Source: an uncultured Muribaculaceae bacterium (lineage in GTDB: Bacteria > Bacillota_I > Bacilli_A > RF39 > UBA660). Taken from it: a stretch of DNA of 37,805 bases. Location: positions 1 to 37,805 of the forward strand of contig CAZSDG010000003.1 of assembly GCA_964605575.1 (NCBI GenBank), written 5' to 3'. A model generated the notes under the pieces. The model was given only the letters and a program-made list of their open reading frames with translations. It was not told the DNA's origin and did not search any database. Shown here piece after piece: positions 26,376 through 35,674 of the stretch. The position numbers and the translations under genes are program-made. Positions within the stretch are counted from its first letter, which is position 1; each line of letters begins with the position of its first letter.

Positions 26376-28523
26376 ATGAAAAATGAAGTTATTTTAGAAA
26401 TTAGTAAAGAATTAAATTTAAAAAAAGAGAGTGTTGAGGTAACTTTAAAACTACTTAGTGAAGGTAATACTATTCCTTTTATTGCCAGATATCGTAAAGA
26501 AATTACTGGTTCATTGGATGAAGAAGTTATTAGAAAAATATCTTCTTATTATGAATATGAAATTAATTTATTAAAAAGAAAAGAAGATGTTATTAGGTTA
26601 ATTGCTGAAAAGGGTATGATGACAGCTGAATTAGAAAAAGAAATATTAGGGTCTAAAAAATTAGTTGAAGTTGAAGACTTATATAGACCTTATAAAGAAA
26701 AGAAAAAAACTAAAGCAACAGAGGCAATTAAAAATGGTTTAGAACCACTTAGTAAGTTAATTTTAAGTTATAGCCCTAATGTTATGATTGAGGCTAAAAA
26801 CTACTTAAATGAGGCAGTAAAGACTGAAGAGGAAGCTATAATCGGTGCTAAATATATTATTTCTGAAATTATTAGTGATTCTCCAGAATATCGTAAATAT
26901 ATTAGAAACTATATTTATAAAGAGGGAGTTATTACTTCTAAATTAAAGAAAAATGCAGTTGATGAGAGAAAAGTTTATGAAATATATTATGATTATTCTG
27001 AAAAAGTTAATGAAATTAAATCTCATCGAATTTTAGCAATTAATCGTGCTGAGAAGGAAGGAGTATTAAGTGTTTCTATTGATATTTTAAAAGAAATTCC
27101 CATTACATATATTGAAAATAGATTTATTAAAGGTAATTGTGAAATCTGTATTAAATTAATTAAAGAAGCTATTACCGATGCTTATGATCGCTTAATATTT
27201 CCTAGTGTTGAAAGAGAAGTTAGGAGTGAGTTAAAAGAATTAGCTGAAGAATCGGCAATAAAAAACTTTGCTTTAAACTTAGAAAATTTATTATTAACAC
27301 CACAAATCAAAGAAAAAATAGTATTAGGTTTTGACCCAGCTTTTAGAACTGGTTGTAAATTAGCTGTTTTAGATAAAACTGGAAAAGTCTTAGATATTGA
27401 CGTTATCTATCCGCACGAGCCACAAAATAAAGTATTAGAAAGCGAAAATATAATTCTTGAGTTAATTAATAAATATAATATAGATATAATTGCCATCGGT
27501 AATGGTACTGCCTCAAGAGAATCTGAAAGTTTTATTGCTAATACAATTAAAAAAACCAAGAAAAAAGTTGAATATTTAATAGTTAATGAAGCTGGTGCGA
27601 GTGTTTATTCGGCTAGTGAAGAAGCGATTAAAGAGTTCCCAGATTTAACTGTGGAAAAAAGAAGTGCAATTAGTATTGGCCGGAGGCTTCAAGATGCCTT
27701 ATCAGAACTAGTGAAAATTGATCCTAAAAGTATTGGAGTTGGTCTATATCAACATGATGTTTCGGCTAAGAATTTAGATGAATCATTAAACTTTGTTGTA
27801 ACAAAAGTAGTTAATCAGGTTGGTGTGAATATTAATACTGCTTCTAAATCGATTTTAAAATATATTTCTGGGTTAACAAGTAAAACAATCGATGAGATAA
27901 TTAATTATCGAGAAACCAAAGGTAAAATTAACAATCGAGTTGAAATTAAAAAAATCAAGGGCGTTGGCCCCAAAGCATATGAACAAGCAATTGGTTTTTT
28001 AAGAATTGATAATGGTGATAATCCCTTAGATAAAACTAGTATTCATCCAGAATCATATCCTTTAGCAAACAGTTTACTCAAACACTTGGATTTAGATACA
28101 ACCATGATTGGTTCAAATGAACTAGTTGATAAATTAACTAATTTAGATCTTTTAAAATTAGCTAAAGAAAGTAATTTAGAATTAATTACAGTTACGGATA
28201 TTATTGAAAATTTTAAAAAACCAATTAGAGATCCAAGAGATAATATGCCAAAACCCCTTTTAAAAAGTGATGTTTTAGATATTAAAGATTTAGAAATTGG
28301 AATGAAACTTAACGGAACTGTTAGAAACGTAGTCGATTTTGGAGTATTTATTGATATAGGTCTTCATAATGATGGTTTAGCTCACATTTCAAAATTATGT
28401 AATAGATATATTAAACATCCAAGTGAAGTAGTTAGTGTTGGTGATATAGTTGATTGCTATATAATCGATATTGATCAAGAAAAAGAAAGAGTTAGTTTAA
28501 GTTTATTAGAAAAAGAAAAGTAA
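26376..28523 (+). CDS. tex: Tex-like transcription accessory protein (YqgF/HhH/S1 domains)
   Basis: TIPFIARYRKEITG hallmark, RNase-H-like GFDPAFRTGCKLAVLD, HhH domain, and the C-terminal S1 domain GTVRNVVDFGVFIDIG. Confidence 0.93.
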   Translation: MKNEVILEISKELNLKKESVEVTLKLLSEGNTIPFIARYRKEITGSLDEEVIRKISSYYEYEINLLKRKEDVIRLIAEKGMMTAELEKEILGSKKLVEVEDLYRPYKEKKKTKATEAIKNGLEPLSKLILSYSPNVMIEAKNYLNEAVKTEEEAIIGAKYIISEIISDSPEYRKYIRNYIYKEGVITSKLKKNAVDERKVYEIYYDYSEKVNEIKSHRILAINRAEKEGVLSVSIDILKEIPITYIENRFIKGNCEICIKLIKEAITDAYDRLIFPSVEREVRSELKELAEESAIKNFALNLENLLLTPQIKEKIVLGFDPAFRTGCKLAVLDKTGKVLDIDVIYPHEPQNKVLESENIILELINKYNIDIIAIGNGTASRESESFIANTIKKTKKKVEYLIVNEAGASVYSASEEAIKEFPDLTVEKRSAISIGRRLQDALSELVKIDPKSIGVGLYQHDVSAKNLDESLNFVVTKVVNQVGVNINTASKSILKYISGLTSKTIDEIINYRETKGKINNRVEIKKIKGVGPKAYEQAIGFLRIDNGDNPLDKTSIHPESYPLANSLLKHLDLDTTMIGSNELVDKLTNLDLLKLAKESNLELITVTDIIENFKKPIRDPRDNMPKPLLKSDVLDIKDLEIGMKLNGTVRNVVDFGVFIDIGLHNDGLAHISKLCNRYIKHPSEVVSVGDIVDCYIIDIDQEKERVSLSLLEKEK

Positions 28524-28546
28524 TGATTAATTATTCATTACTTTTT
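28516..28546. terminator. Bidirectional hairpin terminator (tex / rnhC)
   Basis: aaagtaatga / tcattacttt stem with an 8-nt loop. Both stop codons lie inside the hairpin, and a T-run follows. Confidence 0.75.
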
Positions 28547-29460
28547 ATTTTGTCTGTATTTTTAAAATTTAATTTAGCAATATTATTTAGTTCTTCGACT
28601 CCATATATTTCAACTATTTCTTTACCAACCTCATCTACCTTTGGTCCAGCTCCTTTAGGAATAGTTATTTTATACTTAGCACTTAATTTATCCATTAGAA
28701 TTAAAAAAGTATAACGAGCAATTATTGAGGAAACTGCCACACTTAAATTTTTATCTTCAGCTTTAGTTAAAAACAATATATTCTTAACTTTTTTTGGGGC
28801 CTCAGCAATGTGTTCAAAATATTTCTTTGGATAAACAAATTGGTCGACAATTATTCTTTCATAATGATAAGAATCTTTTTCTAATAGACCAACTAAGACC
28901 TTATTATGTAAGATAGCTTTCATTTTATTCATATTATAATTACTATTTTTGTTATAAGTTGGATTATCTAAAACATAAGTGACGTGAGGAAATTTTTTAA
29001 TTATTTCTGGTGCTATTTTTATTATTTTCTCATCGGTTAGCTTCTTGGAATCCCTAATACCTAAATCAATTAAGTATAGATGATCTTTTTTATCAACAAA
29101 AGAAGCTGTTACAACAATTGGACCAAAGTAATCACCAGTTCCAACTTCATCAGAACCGATTGCTGATAAGTTATAATACCTATAATCTTTTTCGTCTTTT
29201 TTCTTTTCTTCTTTTGAATCTATTTCTTTTCGAACGTCTCGTTTGTTTTTATGCATTTCTAAATCAAACCACATATTAGCATCTATATCAGCACTTAAGC
29301 CTTGAAATACAACCTTACCTGAATCATATAAAGTAATAATTGTTCCTGCTTCTTCAGCTTGAAATGTAGCATATTGAGGAGTTTTATCTCTTTTTAAATC
29401 TTGATAGTATTCAATCATTTCCGATTTAACATTATCACTTACTTTATAGGAAATAGTCAT
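28531..29460 (-). CDS. rnhC: Ribonuclease HIII
   Basis: N-terminal TBP-like domain plus an RNase HII-fold with GSDEVGTGDYFGP and DSKKL. ATG 29460 (MTISYKV) with SD GAGGTGG is preferred over the listed 29508. Confidence 0.9.
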   Translation of the reverse strand: MTISYKVSDNVKSEMIEYYQDLKRDKTPQYATFQAEEAGTIITLYDSGKVVFQGLSADIDANMWFDLEMHKNKRDVRKEIDSKEEKKKDEKDYRYYNLSAIGSDEVGTGDYFGPIVVTASFVDKKDHLYLIDLGIRDSKKLTDEKIIKIAPEIIKKFPHVTYVLDNPTYNKNSNYNMNKMKAILHNKVLVGLLEKDSYHYERIIVDQFVYPKKYFEHIAEAPKKVKNILFLTKAEDKNLSVAVSSIIARYTFLILMDKLSAKYKITIPKGAGPKVDEVGKEIVEIYGVEELNNIAKLNFKNTDKIKSNE

Positions 29461-29543
29461 ATTATCCACCTCGATATTAATTTTAACATGTTTCACTTTT
29501 TTTTTCACTTGTTTTGTACTATAATAACAATAGGAGGGATAAG

Positions 29544-30254
29544 ATGAACTTTATTGATTTTTTCATAATCATCTTTTTAATCTTAGGATTACTAATTGGT
29601 TTTAAAAGAGGATTTATTAAAAGTGTTGTAATGTTAGTTGGCACTATATTGGTTGTTATATTAGCATTTTACTTGAAAAATCCACTGGCAAACTTGATGT
29701 ATGAGAAATTGCCATTCTTTGATTTGAAAGGAGTATTAGCTGGTGTTACTGTCATAAATATATTAATTTATGAAGGAATAGCATTTATTATAGTTTTATT
29801 TGTATTAGCTATCTTATTTAAATTTATCTTATTTATTACAAAAATAATTGATAAATTATTAAATAGCTTGATAGTTTTAACCTTACCATCTAAGATTTTG
29901 GGAATGATTGTTGGTTTGGTTGAATCATTAATAATTTTATTTATATTCTTATTTATTTCAACTCAAGTTAATTTCTTTGCAAATGACATTCATAGTAGTA
30001 AATATGGATCATTAATTTTAAAAGAAACCCCATTCCTGTCTAGCGCGACAAATAAGGTATATAAAGCAATAGATGAAATATATTCCTTAAAAGATGAATA
30101 TAAAGACTCTACAGACAAAAAAGAATTTAATAAAAAAGCACTACATACGTTATTAAAACACGAAGTATTAGATGTTAAATCAGCTGATAAGTTGGTTGAA
30201 ACAAATAAATTAAAGATTGATAATGCTGAAGAAATAATCAATCTATATAGATAA
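29544..30254 (+). CDS. cvpA: CvpA-family membrane protein
   Basis: MNFIDFFIIIFLILGLLIGFKRGFIKS N-terminus and 4 TM segments. SD AGGAGGG precedes ATG 29544. Divergent from rnhC as in B. subtilis (yshB). Confidence 0.82.
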   Translation: MNFIDFFIIIFLILGLLIGFKRGFIKSVVMLVGTILVVILAFYLKNPLANLMYEKLPFFDLKGVLAGVTVINILIYEGIAFIIVLFVLAILFKFILFITKIIDKLLNSLIVLTLPSKILGMIVGLVESLIILFIFLFISTQVNFFANDIHSSKYGSLILKETPFLSSATNKVYKAIDEIYSLKDEYKDSTDKKEFNKKALHTLLKHEVLDVKSADKLVETNKLKIDNAEEIINLYR

Positions 30255-30263
30255 GGAGGCTTT

Positions 30264-30572
30264 ATGGCAGTAAGACAATACGAAAGTGGAAACTTAAAAG
30301 AAATGGCTACTAGTGGATATAAAATTGTTGATTTTTATGCTGATTGGTGTGGGCCATGCAAAATGATTAACAGTGTTTTTGAAGAATTAGAAAAAAAATA
30401 TCCAGAAGTAGAAATAATTAAAGTTAACGTGGATAAGTATCAAGATTTAGCAATGGAATATGGAGTTATGAGTATTCCAACTATTTTCATCTATAAAGAT
30501 AACAATCAAGTGGAAAAGTTTATTGGCTTTAGAGATGTAACTGACTTTGAAAACGTCATAAAAAAATCTTAG
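30264..30572 (+). CDS. trxA: Thioredoxin
   Basis: WCGPCK active site, cis-Pro region MSIPT, about 100 aa. SD AAGGAGG. Confidence 0.95.
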   Translation: MAVRQYESGNLKEMATSGYKIVDFYADWCGPCKMINSVFEELEKKYPEVEIIKVNVDKYQDLAMEYGVMSIPTIFIYKDNNQVEKFIGFRDVTDFENVIKKS

Positions 30573-30590
30573 AATTTCTAAGATTTTTTT
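30561..30590. terminator. Bidirectional hairpin terminator (trxA / yigZ-like)
   Basis: aaaaaatcttaga / tctaagatttttt 13-bp stem with a 3-nt loop. Both TAG stops lie inside the stem. Confidence 0.8.
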
Positions 30591-30931
30591 ATGACTTCTT
30601 TAGCCGAGTTTAAATATGCTCGTATTAAGCCACCAGAACCTAATTTTATTCCCCCATAATATCTTACAACAACAAGAAGATGAGAATTCAAATTATTTTC
30701 TAAAAGTATTTTCAATATTGGCATTCCAGCTGTACCAGCTGGTTCACCAGCATCATTTTTCTTTTGTAAACCATCAAAGATATAAGCAAAGGTAACGTGC
30801 CTTGCTTTTTTATGTTCTTTTTTTAAATTAGTAACTATTAAATCGATTTCTTCTAAATTATCTAAATAGTAATAATAAGCAATAAATTTTGACTTTTTAA
30901 TCATAACTGTATTTGTATTTATTAGTTTCAT
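30578..30931 (-). CDS. IMPACT/YigZ-family (UPF0029) protein, N-terminal domain only
   Basis: KKSKFIAY, DAGEPAGTAGMPIL and VVVRYYGGIKLGSGGLIRAY motifs. Only 117 aa. Confidence 0.85.
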   Translation of the reverse strand: MKLINTNTVMIKKSKFIAYYYYLDNLEEIDLIVTNLKKEHKKARHVTFAYIFDGLQKKNDAGEPAGTAGMPILKILLENNLNSHLLVVVRYYGGIKLGSGGLIRAYLNSAKEVIKKS

Positions 30932-31032
30932 TCAATCACTTCTTTAACTTAGTTTAACATAATATAATAAAATTGCTAATTGAATTATTTAATTATTAAT
31001 GTTAAATTAAGAATAGAATAGGTTGATTATTT

Positions 31033-31686
31033 ATGAAAAAGAAAAATGGATTTACTTTAATAGAGTTAATAATTACTATAGTTTTAATCTTAGTTGTAAT
31101 ACTAATGTTTTCTAATAGTATGGAAGGGATTAATGTTGCTCAAACTAGCAAGTCATATGAGCGAATGGTAAATAAAATAAATGTAGCTTCTTCCTCTTTA
31201 GTATCATCAAAAATTGATTATAGTAATGAATTACAGTTTGGTAGAGGTTTTGTTAAAATAAGAGTTGGCGAATTAATTGAAAGTGGATATTTAGATAAAA
31301 ACTTAGTTGACCCTCGAAATGATGAACCGATTGATCGAGAACAATTAGCATTAATAACATTAAAATGTGATGGAGAAATGGCCTATAAATTTCCAGTAGA
31401 AGAAACTGATAATGATACATTCTTTTTAGAAACAACACCAATTATTACTAATTCAATGCCTGATAATGTTTATCAAAATATCAATTCAATGGGCTTAAGA
31501 CTTATTTCTGAAAGTGGTCAAACATTTAATTTAACTAGTAAATCAAAATTGAGTAGTCCTGGTGACATTACAGTAGTAAGTAAAACCTATAACACATACA
31601 CACCTGGTGTTTATAAAATACTGTATAATTACTTGGATAATAATAATATTTGTCGAATTCATTATCGCGAAGTAGTTATGTATTAA
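31033..31686 (+). CDS. Prepilin-type (type IV pilin / competence pseudopilin-like) protein with a large C-terminal domain
   Basis: MKKKNG|FTLIELIITIVLILVVIL is the class III signal with the invariant Glu at +5. The roughly 190-aa C-terminal part ends in an Ig-like-looking TYTPGVYKILYNYLDNNN segment. Confidence 0.8.
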   Translation: MKKKNGFTLIELIITIVLILVVILMFSNSMEGINVAQTSKSYERMVNKINVASSSLVSSKIDYSNELQFGRGFVKIRVGELIESGYLDKNLVDPRNDEPIDREQLALITLKCDGEMAYKFPVEETDNDTFFLETTPIITNSMPDNVYQNINSMGLRLISESGQTFNLTSKSKLSSPGDITVVSKTYNTYTPGVYKILYNYLDNNNICRIHYREVVMY

Positions 31687-31728
31687 ATATCATAAATTTA
31701 TTATGATATAATATTAATTGGTGATTTT

Positions 31729-33492
31729 ATGTTCCAAGAAGAGCTAAAATTGATTCCTAATAAACCTGGTAGTTATCAAATGTTTAATCAAGATAACGAA
31801 ATTATTTATGTGGGTAAAGCTAAAGACTTGAAAAAACGCGTTTCTTCTTATTTTAATCGACAAGCAAAAGATAAAACTAAAGTTTTAGTTTCAGAAATAG
31901 TGCGTTTCGAATATATAGTTACTTCTACTGAGTTAGAAGCTTTTATTTTGGAAATAAATTTAATAAAAAAATATAAACCTAAATACAATGTTTTACTTAC
32001 AGATGATAAATCTTACCCCTATATCGAATATAAAAGACATCCATTTCCAAGCTTAAAAGTAGTTAGATATTTAAAAGTTAAAAAATCTAAAAATTCTAAG
32101 CTGTTTGGACCTTTTCCTAATAGTTATGCCGCAAGAAGAGTGGTAAATTTAATTAATCGAATTTATCCCTTAAAAAAATGTGTGGGGATGCCTAAACAAG
32201 TATGTTTATATTATCATATAGATGAATGTTTAGGATATTGTGCACGTGATATTTCACCAGTCAAGATTGATGAAATGGAACAAGATATAATTAGATTTTT
32301 AAGTGGTAATGATAATGTAATTAGAGATAAAATAATTGAAAGAATTAATTATCATTCTTTAAAAATGAATTATGAAATTGCTAAGGAGCTAACTGATGAA
32401 TTAAGTTATATAAAAATTGTTTTAGATAAACAAAAAGTTGAATTAAAAGACTTAGAAAATAGAGATATAATAAACTATTATGAGCAAGATGGTTATGTAT
32501 CTTTAGTAATATTTTTTATTAGACACGGTAAGTTATTAGAAGCACATAAAACAATTTTTAATCATCACGATAATATTTATGACTCGATTGAAGGATATTT
32601 AGCTCTATTTTATGAAAATCATGAAATACCTAAAGAAATAATTATCAGTGAAGAGTTAAATCAGCAATTACTTGAATCATTTATTGAAGCTAAATTTATT
32701 ATCCCAAAGAAGGGTGAAAAGAAAAAACTTTTACTTTTAGCCCAAGAAAATGCCAAGATTCACTTAGAATCACAACTAGAAAAAACTATGCAAGAAGAAC
32801 TTAGAACTAGTGGTTCAAATGAAGATTTAAGAAAATTGCTAGGATTAAAAAAATTAAAAAGAATTGAATCCTTTGATAATTCTAATCTATTTGGTAATTT
32901 TTCAGTAAGTGGAATGATTGTTTTTATTAATGGCAAACCAGCTAAGAAGCAATATCGTAAATTTAAAATATCGATTGATTCTAATGATGATTATCAAATG
33001 ATGAAGGAAGTAATCTATCGAAGATATTATCGGGTATTAATGGAGAAAAGTGAACTTCCTGATTTAATAATCGTTGATGGCGGAACGAATCAAATTAATG
33101 CAACTTTAAGTGTTTTAGATGAATTAGGGCTTAATATTCCTTTAGTAGGTTTAAAAAAGAATGCAAAGCATCAAACTGAGGCCTTGCTTGATGGTTTTAC
33201 AAAAAAAGAATATCCTTTAGATAAAACTTCAAACTTATTTCATTACTTAACTAGAATTCAGGATGAAACTCATCGTTATACAATTAACTATCATCGACAA
33301 ATAAGAAGTAAAAGTGATTTGTCTAGTATCTTAGACCAAGTACCAGGTTTAGGAAAACAAAGAAAAAAACTTATCTTAAAAAATTATCCAAATTTAAAAG
33401 AATTAAAAACTGTAGATTTAGCTGTACTTTCGAAACTAATTCCTGCGAATGTTGCGATTAAATTAAAAGAATTAGCAAATGAATTGCTTTGA
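31729..33492 (+). CDS. uvrC: Excinuclease ABC subunit C
   Basis: GIY-YIG domain (GSYQMFNQDNEIIYVGKAKDLKKRVSSYF), UVR domain, the endonuclease region IESFDNSN...DGG, and a C-terminal HhH. Confidence 0.95.
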   Translation: MFQEELKLIPNKPGSYQMFNQDNEIIYVGKAKDLKKRVSSYFNRQAKDKTKVLVSEIVRFEYIVTSTELEAFILEINLIKKYKPKYNVLLTDDKSYPYIEYKRHPFPSLKVVRYLKVKKSKNSKLFGPFPNSYAARRVVNLINRIYPLKKCVGMPKQVCLYYHIDECLGYCARDISPVKIDEMEQDIIRFLSGNDNVIRDKIIERINYHSLKMNYEIAKELTDELSYIKIVLDKQKVELKDLENRDIINYYEQDGYVSLVIFFIRHGKLLEAHKTIFNHHDNIYDSIEGYLALFYENHEIPKEIIISEELNQQLLESFIEAKFIIPKKGEKKKLLLLAQENAKIHLESQLEKTMQEELRTSGSNEDLRKLLGLKKLKRIESFDNSNLFGNFSVSGMIVFINGKPAKKQYRKFKISIDSNDDYQMMKEVIYRRYYRVLMEKSELPDLIIVDGGTNQINATLSVLDELGLNIPLVGLKKNAKHQTEALLDGFTKKEYPLDKTSNLFHYLTRIQDETHRYTINYHRQIRSKSDLSSILDQVPGLGKQRKKLILKNYPNLKELKTVDLAVLSKLIPANVAIKLKELANELL

Positions 33493-33543
33493 TAATTCTT
33501 TTTTTTATTGCCTAATCATAGTATAATTAAAATGGTGAGATGA

Positions 33544-34743
33544 ATGAGACTATTTAAAATCAAAAAAAATAACTCGATTAAAGTTTCAAGTAGCACCGTA
33601 TCATTACTGGATCCGGATTTTTGTTATGTACCAGTTATAAAAGATTCTGAAATTCAAGTTGAAGTTGGGAATAAAGTATTAAAAGATCAAGCTCTATTGA
33701 TCTTAAACAACAACTTAGTTATTACTTCACCAATCAGTGGAATTTTTACTGGATTTAAAGAAGTCAATACCGTTGATGGGATAGTTAATGCTCTTGAAAT
33801 TGAGAATGATTTTAAAGAAAAAAGTATCAATAAAAAAGGATATCGAAATGATTTAACTTCTTATAAATATAAAGATTTAGAATCAATCTTAAATATGCTT
33901 TATATTCCGTACTTAGATGACAAAAAAGAACATATTGAATTAAATAAAAAAATTAAATATTTAGTTATTAATGCAATCGATGATGAACCGTATGTCGCGA
34001 ATAATAGTGTTTTATTAAATAACAAACTAGAAGATCTATTAGAAACTGTTGATCTTTTAGCTAAGATTATTAAATTAGACAAAGTATTTATTACTGTAAG
34101 CAATTATGAAACTGATCTTATAACTAATTTAATAAATTCAATAGGATCATATCCCAGTATAGAACTTAAATTGATTAATAATACTTACCCTTTAATTTTA
34201 GAAAGATATTTTAATTATTCCAAAAAAGAGATGCAAATAATGAATGTTTCATCACTTAATGCTCTTGATACTGTAATTAGAAGTGATAGGGTAATTGCTG
34301 AAAAAATGATTACAATTACTGGAGACGCAATAAAGGAGCCAAAGATTTTTATTTTAAAACTTGGCTCAAATATTAGAGATATAATTGGCTCAGAAATTAA
34401 ATTTAAACCAGGTAAGTCAAAAAATAAGATTCAAATAGTTGTAAATGGTTTAATGAAAGGTAGTGAAGTTACTAATCTGGATTTAATAGTAACGCCAGAT
34501 TTAAGTAGCATTATCTTAAATAAAGAAGAATTATTTGAAGAAGAAAATTGTCTTAATTGTGGGGCATGTGTTCGTGTTTGTCCAGTAAAAAACAATCCCC
34601 ATTATATTAAGAATCATCCAAATTCTAAAACAGCAAAAAAACAAATAGATGATTGCCTTAACTGCAATGCTTGTACTTATATTTGTCCAGCAAATATAAA
34701 CTTTAAAGAAATACTTAAAAAGGGGGATAATAATGAAAACTAA
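33544..34743 (+). CDS. RnfC-like protein (RnfC_N barrel, degenerate nucleotide-binding region, SLBB, 2x[4Fe-4S]) lacking the Gly-rich FMN/NADH loop
   Basis: SPISGIFTGF and YLVINAIDDEPYV (compare LIINAAECEPY in E. coli RsxC). SLBB-like ITITGDAIKEPKIF. CLNCGACVRVCP and CLNCNACTYICP. The GLGGAGFPT position reads PYLDDKKEH. Confidence 0.75.
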   Translation: MRLFKIKKNNSIKVSSSTVSLLDPDFCYVPVIKDSEIQVEVGNKVLKDQALLILNNNLVITSPISGIFTGFKEVNTVDGIVNALEIENDFKEKSINKKGYRNDLTSYKYKDLESILNMLYIPYLDDKKEHIELNKKIKYLVINAIDDEPYVANNSVLLNNKLEDLLETVDLLAKIIKLDKVFITVSNYETDLITNLINSIGSYPSIELKLINNTYPLILERYFNYSKKEMQIMNVSSLNALDTVIRSDRVIAEKMITITGDAIKEPKIFILKLGSNIRDIIGSEIKFKPGKSKNKIQIVVNGLMKGSEVTNLDLIVTPDLSSIILNKEELFEEENCLNCGACVRVCPVKNNPHYIKNHPNSKTAKKQIDDCLNCNACTYICPANINFKEILKKGDNNEN

Positions 34744-35674
34744 AAAGATATTTTTACATAGTGAAAACTCAATTTTAAGATTAAATCTTCAATATTTAAT
34801 CCTTTTAGTGCCTTTAGTTTTATTTGGCTTTTACAAAAACGGGATAATTGTTTATCAAAAAGGTTATACAACCATCCTTGGAATGTTTAAACCATTAATT
34901 ATTCCAATATCAAGTTTATTAATTGGTTTACTAATTTTTTATTTATTAAATACCAAAAGAAAAATAACTGTTTTTGAATCATTTAAAATTAGTACATTTC
35001 CAATTCAAACTTTAATATTGGGTATGGTTTTACCAATTAAAGTAAATATACATGTTTTTTTAATTACCCTTCCAATATTGTCTTTTTTTTATTTAAAGTT
35101 TTTTTATAATAAAAAACTTTCATTTAATTTTATTGCTTTGAGTTTAATTGTTATTGTATTAAGTTCTTACTTATTGAGTGATTATAAAACTATTGCGCAG
35201 TTGTATATAAATAATTATGAAAATTCAGTCATTTTAAATCCCAGTATATATAGGCTATTAATTGGTTTTAATCATTCTGGACTAGCGATTACTAATCATA
35301 TAATTAGTAGTATGATTTTCATTTATTTAATCCCAAAAGTAACATTTAAAAGAGAAATATCCCTTTACTTATTATCTATTTTTTTATTAATTGGTAGTAT
35401 TAATTTGGTTATTGGTAGTAGTTTTAGTGAGCAATTAAGATTTATTTTTAATTCTTCTTTATTATTTAGCATATTTTTTATTGCTAATGAGCTAACTTCA
35501 ACTCCAGCAACGAAGTTAGCAATGTTCTTTTATTCATTATTAGTAATGATATTTTACTGGTTATTTAGCATTATTACTAAAGATTTAGCAATATTCCTAT
35601 CAATCTTTATTGTAAGTATTTCTTCATATTGGTTAGATATTATCTTCAAAAAAACAAAATTTGCTAAGAAATAA
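34733..35674 (+). CDS. RnfD/NqrB-like polytopic membrane protein (divergent)
   Basis: About 8-9 TM segments. FFIANELTSTPATK aligns with the RnfD signature FF(M/I)xTDPVTSPxT. SD AAGGGGGA. Overlaps the RnfC-like stop by 11 nt. Confidence 0.65.
   Translation: MKTKKIFLHSENSILRLNLQYLILLVPLVLFGFYKNGIIVYQKGYTTILGMFKPLIIPISSLLIGLLIFYLLNTKRKITVFESFKISTFPIQTLILGMVLPIKVNIHVFLITLPILSFFYLKFFYNKKLSFNFIALSLIVIVLSSYLLSDYKTIAQLYINNYENSVILNPSIYRLLIGFNHSGLAITNHIISSMIFIYLIPKVTFKREISLYLLSIFLLIGSINLVIGSSFSEQLRFIFNSSLLFSIFFIANELTSTPATKLAMFFYSLLVMIFYWLFSIITKDLAIFLSIFIVSISSYWLDIIFKKTKFAKK

Noticed and set aside
28523-28714. + strand 63-aa ORF after tex
   Set aside because: It is antisense to the 3' end of rnhC and begins inside the tex/rnhC terminator hairpin.
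29462-29470. DnaA-box-like TTATCCACC
   Set aside because: This is a single 8/9 match with no cluster. It is simply the complement of the rnhC Shine-Dalgarno (GAGGTGGATAA).
31687-31712. Inverted repeat atatcataa-attta-ttatgatat overlapping a TATAAT upstream of uvrC, considered as a LexA site
   Set aside because: It has no GAAC/GTTC half-sites, so it is not a Cheo box. It is most simply a weak AT hairpin at the end of the prepilin-type gene. It could be an operator, but I have no support for that.
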